From the human T2T-CHM13v2.0 reference genome, Homo sapiens, in assembly GCF_009914755.1 (NCBI RefSeq), contig NC_060940.1: a stretch of 64,000 nt of DNA; one strand, written 5' to 3'. How positions within the stretch are numbered: position 1 is the first letter of the stretch; the number at the start of each line of letters is the position of its first letter. The notes beneath the pieces were generated by a model, which had not been told where the DNA came from, searched no databases, and saw nothing but the letters and a program-made list of their open reading frames with translations. The translations under genes and the position numbers were made by a program. Shown here one piece after another: positions 57,451 to 64,000 of the stretch.

Positions 57451-60400
57451 CAATGATTCCATTGGATTCCATTCGATGATGATTCCATTCAAATCCATTC
57501 GATAATTCAATTCAAGTCCATTCGATGATGATTCCAATCGAATCCATTCAAAGATTCCATTCAGTTCCATTCGATGATAACCTTAGATTCCATTCGATGA
57601 TTCCACTTGTTTCCATTTACGATGATTCCATTCGATTCCAGGTGATGATTCCATTCAATTCTATTCAATGATGTCTCCATTTGATTCCATTCGACCATGA
57701 TTGCCTTTGCTTCCATTCAATGTTTCCATTCGGTTCCTTTTGATGATAATTCCGTTCGATTCCATTTGATGATTCCATTTGATTCCAATGGATGAGTCCA
57801 TTCGATTACATTCGATGATTATTCCATTTGAGTGCATTAGATGATTTCATTCGAGTCCATTCGATGATTCCATTCGATTCCATTCGATGTTGATTCTGTT
57901 CAAGTCCATTCGATGATTCCACTGGATTCCATTCGAGGACTCCAGTTGATCCCATTCGATGATTTCCTTTGATTCCCTTTGATGATCATTCCATTTGATA
58001 CAATTCGGTGATTTCATTTGATTCCATTCAGTGATGTTTCCATTCGACTCCATTCGATGATGATTCCATTCGACTCCATTCGATTATGATTTCATTCAAT
58101 TCCATTCGATAATGATTCCCTTCGAGTCCATTCGATGATTCCATTCGATTCCATTCAACGATGATTTGATTCGTGTCCGTTCGATGATTCCATTTGATTC
58201 CACTTGATGATGATTCCATTCGAGTCCATTTGATGATTCCATTCAATACCATTCTCCGATGATTTCTTTTGAGCCCACTCAATGCTTCCACTCGATTCCA
58301 TATGATGATGACTCCATTCGATGAAATTCGATGATGATTCCATTCGCTTGCTTTCGATGATGATTCCACTTGAGTCCGTTAGAAGATTCTATTCAATTAC
58401 ATTCCATGACGATTCCGTTCGAGTCCATTTGATGATTCCATTAGACTCCATTCGACGATGATTCCATTCGATGTTATTCGATGATTCCATTCGATCTCAT
58501 TCGATGATGATTCCATTCAACTCCATTCGATGTTTCCATTCGAGTTCATTCTATTATTCCATTAGATTCCATTCGATGATGATTCCATTCGATTCCATTT
58601 GATGATTGCATTCTATTTCATTTGATGATGATTCCATTCGAGTCCACTCAATGATTCCCTTCGAGTCCATTTAATGAATCCATTGTTTTCAATTCTATGA
58701 TGATTACACTGGATTCCATTCGTTGATGATTTCATTCGGTTCCATTCAATGATGATTCCATTCAATTCCTTTCAATGTTTCCATTCAATTCCATACGATG
58801 ATGATTCCATTTGATTTGATTCGACAGTGAGCCATTCGATTCAATTCCATGATGATTCTATTTTATTCAATTGGTTGACATTTCCATTCGATTCCATTCG
58901 ATGATGATTCCCTTTGATTCCATTCAAAGATGATTCCATTCTAGCCCATTCAATCATTCCATTCGATTCTATTCAATGATGATTCCATTCATGTCGATTT
59001 GGTGATTCCATTTGACTTCATTTGATGATGATTCCTTTCAAGTTCATTAGATGATTCCATTCGATTCCATTTGATGATGATTCCATTCCATTCCATTCAA
59101 TGATTCCATTCGATTCCGTTTGATGATGATTTCATTCGAGTCCATTTGATGATTCCATTTGATTCCATTCGATGATCATTCCATTCGAGTCCATTCGATG
59201 ATTCTATTCGAATCCATTTGATGATTACTTTTGATTATATTTGGTGATGATTCCATTGTAGTCCATTCAATGATTCCATTCGATTCCAATCGATGATGAT
59301 TCCATTAGAGTCCATTTAATGATTCCATTTGATTCCAGTCTCTGATGATTACATTCGAGTCCATACGATGATTCCACTCAATTCCATATGATGATGATTC
59401 CATTCGATTCCATTCGATGATTCCACTCTTTTCTATTCAATGGTGATTCCATTCGAGTACATTAGATGATTCCATTCGATTCCATTCAATGATGATTCTA
59501 TTTGTGTCCCTTAGATGGTTCCAGATGATTCCATTACATGATGATACTATTTGAGCACATCCAATGATTCCCTTCGATTCCATTCGATGAGGATTCCATT
59601 CGATTCAATTCATTGGTGATTCTATTCAATTCAATTCTTTGATTCCATTCCATTCCATTCGACAATGATTCCATTCGATTTCTTTCGATGATTCCACTCG
59701 ATTCCACTTGACATTGATTCCATTCGATTCCATTCAATGATTCCGTTTGATTCCAGTGGATGATGATTGCCATCGATTCCATTCGATCACTCCATTCTAT
59801 TCCATTTGATGATGATTACATTCGATTCCATTTGATGATTCCATCTGATTCTATTCGAGGATTCCATTTGATTCCATTCGATGATGATTCCATTCGAGTC
59901 CATTCGATGATTTCATTCGAGTACATCCAATGATTCCATTCGAGTCCATTTGATGATTCCATTTGATTCCATTTGATTATGATTCTACTAGAGTCCATTC
60001 AATGACTCCATTCGAATCCATTCAACAATTCCATTCGAGTCCATTCGATGATTCCATTTCATGATTCCATTCGAGTCCATTTAATCATTACAGTCGAGTC
60101 CATTTGGTGATTCCACTGGATTTCTTTTGATAATGATACCATTCTATTACATTTGATGAAGATCCCATTCAATTTCATTTGATGGTGATTCCATTAGAGT
60201 CCATTCGATGATTTCATTCGAGTCCCTTCATTGATTCCATCCGATTTCATTTGATGATGACTCCATTCGAGTTCATTCGATGATTCCACTCGATTCCATT
60301 AGATGATTCCATTGGAGTCCATTTGATTGTTCCATTCGATTCCATTCGATTCCTTTCGAAGATTATTCCATTTGAGTCCATTCGATGATGATTCCATTCC

Positions 60401-60495
60401 ATTCCATTCGATGATTCCGTTTGATTCCGTTCGATGATTCCCTTCAATTCCTTTCTTTGATGATTCCATTCCATTCCATTCAATGATTCCATTCG

Positions 60496-63400
60496 AATCT
60501 ATTCCATGATGATTCCTTGCGATTCCATTCGCTGATGTTTCCATTCAATTCCATTCGATGATGATTCCATTCGATTCCATTCATTGAGGATTCCATTTGA
60601 TTCCATTAAATGATGATTCCGTTCTATTCCATTCAATGATTGCATTCAATTCCATTCAATGATTATCCCCTTAGAGTAAACTCAACGATTCAATTCACTA
60701 CCATTCGATGATGATTCCTTTTGAGTCCATTCAATGATTTCATTCAAGTCCATTTGATGATTCCTTTCAATTCCATTCTATGATGATTCCATTCGAGTCC
60801 ATTCGATGATTCCATTCAATTGCATTCGATGATTCCATTATATTCCAGTCAACGATGATTCCATTCGAGTCCATTCGATGATTCCATTAGAGTACATTTA
60901 ATGATTGCTTTGTTTTCAATTCGAAGATGATTACATTGGATTCCATTCTATGATACCATTCGATTCCATTCAATGATGATTCCACTCAAATCCATTGGAT
61001 GATTCCATTCGTGTCCGTTCGGTGATTTCATTAGATTCCATTCGAGGATGATTCCATTCGATTCCATTCGATGATTCCATTCAATTCCATTCGATGATGA
61101 TTCCATTCCAGTCCATATGATCATTCCATTTGATTTCATTCGATGATGATTCCATTCGATTCCATTCGATGATTCCATTCTATTCCATTCGATGATGATT
61201 CCATTCGAGTCCATTCGATGATTCCATTCGAGTCCATTTAATGATTCCATTGGGTTCAATTCAATGATGATTACATTGGATTCTGTTCTATGATACCATT
61301 CAATTCCGTTCATTGACAATTTGATTCCATTTGATGATGATTCCATTTGAGTTCATTCGATGATTCTATTCGATTCTCTTCGATGGTGATTCAATTCTAT
61401 TATATTGTATGATTCCATTCGATTCCATTTGATGTTGATTCAATTCGATTCTATTCGATGATGATTCCATTGGATTTCACTTGATGATTCTATTCGATTT
61501 CATTCAATGATGATTCACTTCTCGTCGATTGGATGATTCCATTTCATTCCATTCGATGATGATTCCATTTGATTCCTTTCGATGATTCCATTTGATTCCA
61601 TGCGACGGTGAGCAATTCGATTCAATTCCATGATGATTCTATTTGATTCAATTAGATGATGTTTCTATTCGAATCCATTCCATGATTATTCCATTGGAAT
61701 CCATTCGGCGATGATTCCATATGAGTCAATTCAATGATGATTCCATATGGGTCCGTTCGATGATAATTCCATTTGATTTCATTCGATGCTTCTATTCTAT
61801 TCCAGTCGATGATGATTCCGTTGGAGTCCATACGATGATTCCATTTGATTTCATTTGATGATGATTCCATTCGATGATGATTACATTGGATTCCATTCTA
61901 TGATTCCATTCAATTCCATTCGTTGATGATTCGATTCCATTCAATGATGATTCCATTTGAGTTCATTCGATGATTCTATTCGATTCCGTTCGATGGTGAT
62001 TCAATTCTATTATATTGGATGATTCCACTCGATTCCATTTGATGATTATTCCATTGGAGTCCACTTAGTGAATCCTTTAGATTCTACTCGAAGATGATTC
62101 CCTTCGAGTCCATTCGATGATACCATTCAATTCCATTCGTTGATGCTTCCATTCAAGTGCATTCGATGATATCATTCGATTCCATTTGATGATAATTCCA
62201 TTTGATTCCATGCGATGATTCTATTCGATTCCATTCAATGATAATTCCATTCAATTCAGTGATTCCTCTGGACTCCATTTGATGATGATTCCATTCAATG
62301 ATTCCATTCGATTCTATTCCAAAATGATTCCATTTGAATCCATTTGATGATGATTCCATTAGATTCCATTTGATGATTCCATTCGATTCCATTTGACGAT
62401 GATTCCATTCGATTCCATTTGATGATTCCATTCTATTCTATTCGATGATGATTCCATTCGATTCCATTCGATGATGGTTGGATTCGATTTCATTTGATGA
62501 TTTCATTTGATTCCATTCATTAATGATTTCGATCAACTCCATTCGATGATTGCATTTAATTCCATTCGATAATGATTACATCCGAGTCCATTCAATGATT
62601 CCATTTGAGCCAGTTTGATAATTCCATTTGAGTCCAATCAATGATTCCATTCATTTCCATTCAATGATTCCATTCGAATCTATTCCATGATGATTCCTTG
62701 CGATTCCATTCGCTGATGTTTCCGTTCAATTCCATTCGATGATGATTCCATTCGATTCCATTCATTGAGGATTCCATTTGATTCCATTAAATGATGATTC
62801 CGTTCTATTCCATTCAATGATTGCATTCAATTCCATTCAATGATTATCCCCTTAGAGTAAACTCAACGATTCCATTCAATGCCATTCGATGATGATTCCT
62901 TTTGAGTCCATTCAATGATTTCATTCAAGTCCATTTGATGATTCCTTTCAATTCCATTCTATGATGATTCCATTCGAGTCCATTCGATGATTCCATTCAA
63001 TTGCATTCGATGATTCCATTATATTCCAATCAACGATGATTCCATTCGAGTCCATTCGATGATTCCATTAGAGTACATTTAATGATTGCTTTGTTTTCAA
63101 TTCGAAGATGATTACATTGGATTCCATTCTATGATACCATTCGATTCCATTCAATGATGATTCCACTCAAATCCATTGGATGATTCCATTCGTGTCCATT
63201 CGGTGATTTCATTAGATTCCATTCGAGGATGATTCCATTCGATTCCATTCGATGATTCCATTCAATTCCATTCGATGATGATTCCATTCCAGTCCATATG
63301 ATCATTCCATTTGATTTCATTCGATGATGATTCCATTCGATTCCATTCGATGATTCCATTCTATTCCATTCGATGATGATTCCATTCGAGTCCATTCGAT

Positions 63401-64000
63401 GATTCCATTCGAGTCCATTTAATGATTCCATTGGGTTCAATTCAATGATGATTACATTGGATTCCGTTCTATGATTCCATTCAATTCCGTTCATTGACAA
63501 TTTGATTCCATTCGATGATGATTCCATTTGAGTTCATTCGATGATTCTATTCGATTTTCTTCGATGGTGATTCAATTCTATTATATTGGATGATTCCATT
63601 CGATTCCATTTGATGTTGATTCAATTCGATTCTATTCGATGATGATTCCATTGGATTTCACTTGATGATTCTATTCGATTCCATTCAATGATGATTCACT
63701 TCTCGTCCATTGGATGATTCCATTTCATTCCATTCGATGATGATTCCATTCGATTCCTTTCGATGATTCCATTTGATTCCATGTGACGGTGAGCAATTCG
63801 ATTCAATTCCATGATGATTCTATTTGATTCAATTAGATGATGTTTCCATTCGAATCCATTACATGATTATTCCATTGGAATCCATTTGGCGATGATTCCA
63901 TATGAGTCAATTCAATGATGATTCCATATGGGTCCGTTCGATGATAATTCCATTTGATTTCATTCGATGCTTCTATTCAATTCCAGTCGATGATGATTCC
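60496..64000 (+). repeat. Second 2,181-bp tandem duplication (second copy runs off the window)
   Basis: ORFs 60948..61346 and 63129..63527 are offset 2,181. The junction at ~62655-62677 is identical to the one at ~49173-49195. Confidence 0.85.

Larger units (their letters stand above)
1..64000 (+). repeat. Human Satellite 2 (HSat2/HSATII)-type pericentromeric satellite array, probably HSat2B-like
   Basis: Continuous diverged CATTC pentamer repeat with abundant CATTCGATTC and CATTCGAGTC decamers and ATG/ATGATG spacers giving 23/26-bp monomers. This is the HSat2 hallmark, unlike the long pure (CATTC)n runs of HSat3. The CATTC strand is on + throughout. The subfamily call rests only on the ~6.1-kb period. 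Confidence 0.96.

Noticed and set aside
437-63527. Numerous 60-151 aa minus-strand ORFs (MESSNGIEWNHRM-like)
   Set aside because: They are direct translations of GAATG/GGAATCATC repeats. They overlap in several frames, are low complexity, recur with the satellite period and open or close with random substitutions. No coding evidence.
1-64000. CRISPR-like array (23-26-bp recurring units)
   Set aside because: No unique spacers, leader or cas genes. The units are contiguous degenerate satellite monomers.
1-64000. HSat3, alpha satellite or CENP-B boxes
   Set aside because: No long pure (CATTC)n runs, no 171-bp monomers and no CENP-B box noticed. CATTCGATTC with ATG spacers indicates HSat2.
1-64000. 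Assignment to a specific chromosome or species (e.g. human chr16q11.2)
   Set aside because: A ~6.1-kb period is suggestive of HSat2B, but related arrays occur on several chromosomes and in other apes. This needs mapping to T2T assemblies.
1-64000. Short palindromes (TCGA, GAATCCATTC, ATCGAT) as hairpins or terminators
   Set aside because: They are intrinsic to the monomer and too short and ubiquitous to call as discrete elements.

Overview
The whole 64 kb is one uninterrupted, single-orientation classical Human Satellite 2 (HSat2/HSATII)-type array. It is built from diverged CATTC/CATTCGATTC repeats arranged as 23- and 26-bp monomers (ATTCCATTCGA[G/T]TCCATTCG(ATG)1-2), with the CATTC strand on +. 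This is hominid pericentromeric heterochromatin. I find no genes, transposons or RNA genes, and every listed ORF is a translation of the satellite. I see no evidence of a new protein-coding system. The interpretable signal is the higher-order architecture: (1) a ~6.1-kb base unit, HSat2B-like by period; (2) three tandem copies of a ~9.96-kb composite unit, each carrying a ~1.83-kb HSat2 segment found nowhere else in the window; (3) truncated units with periods of ~3.64, 4.18, 2.18, 2.04 and 3.19 kb, joined at monomer-register microhomologies; (4) indels quantised in 23/26-bp steps; (5) lineage mosaics; (6) one DUX4-type motif kept in every copy of one block. Periods come from manual marker tracking and ORF-track offsets, so breakpoints are approximate.
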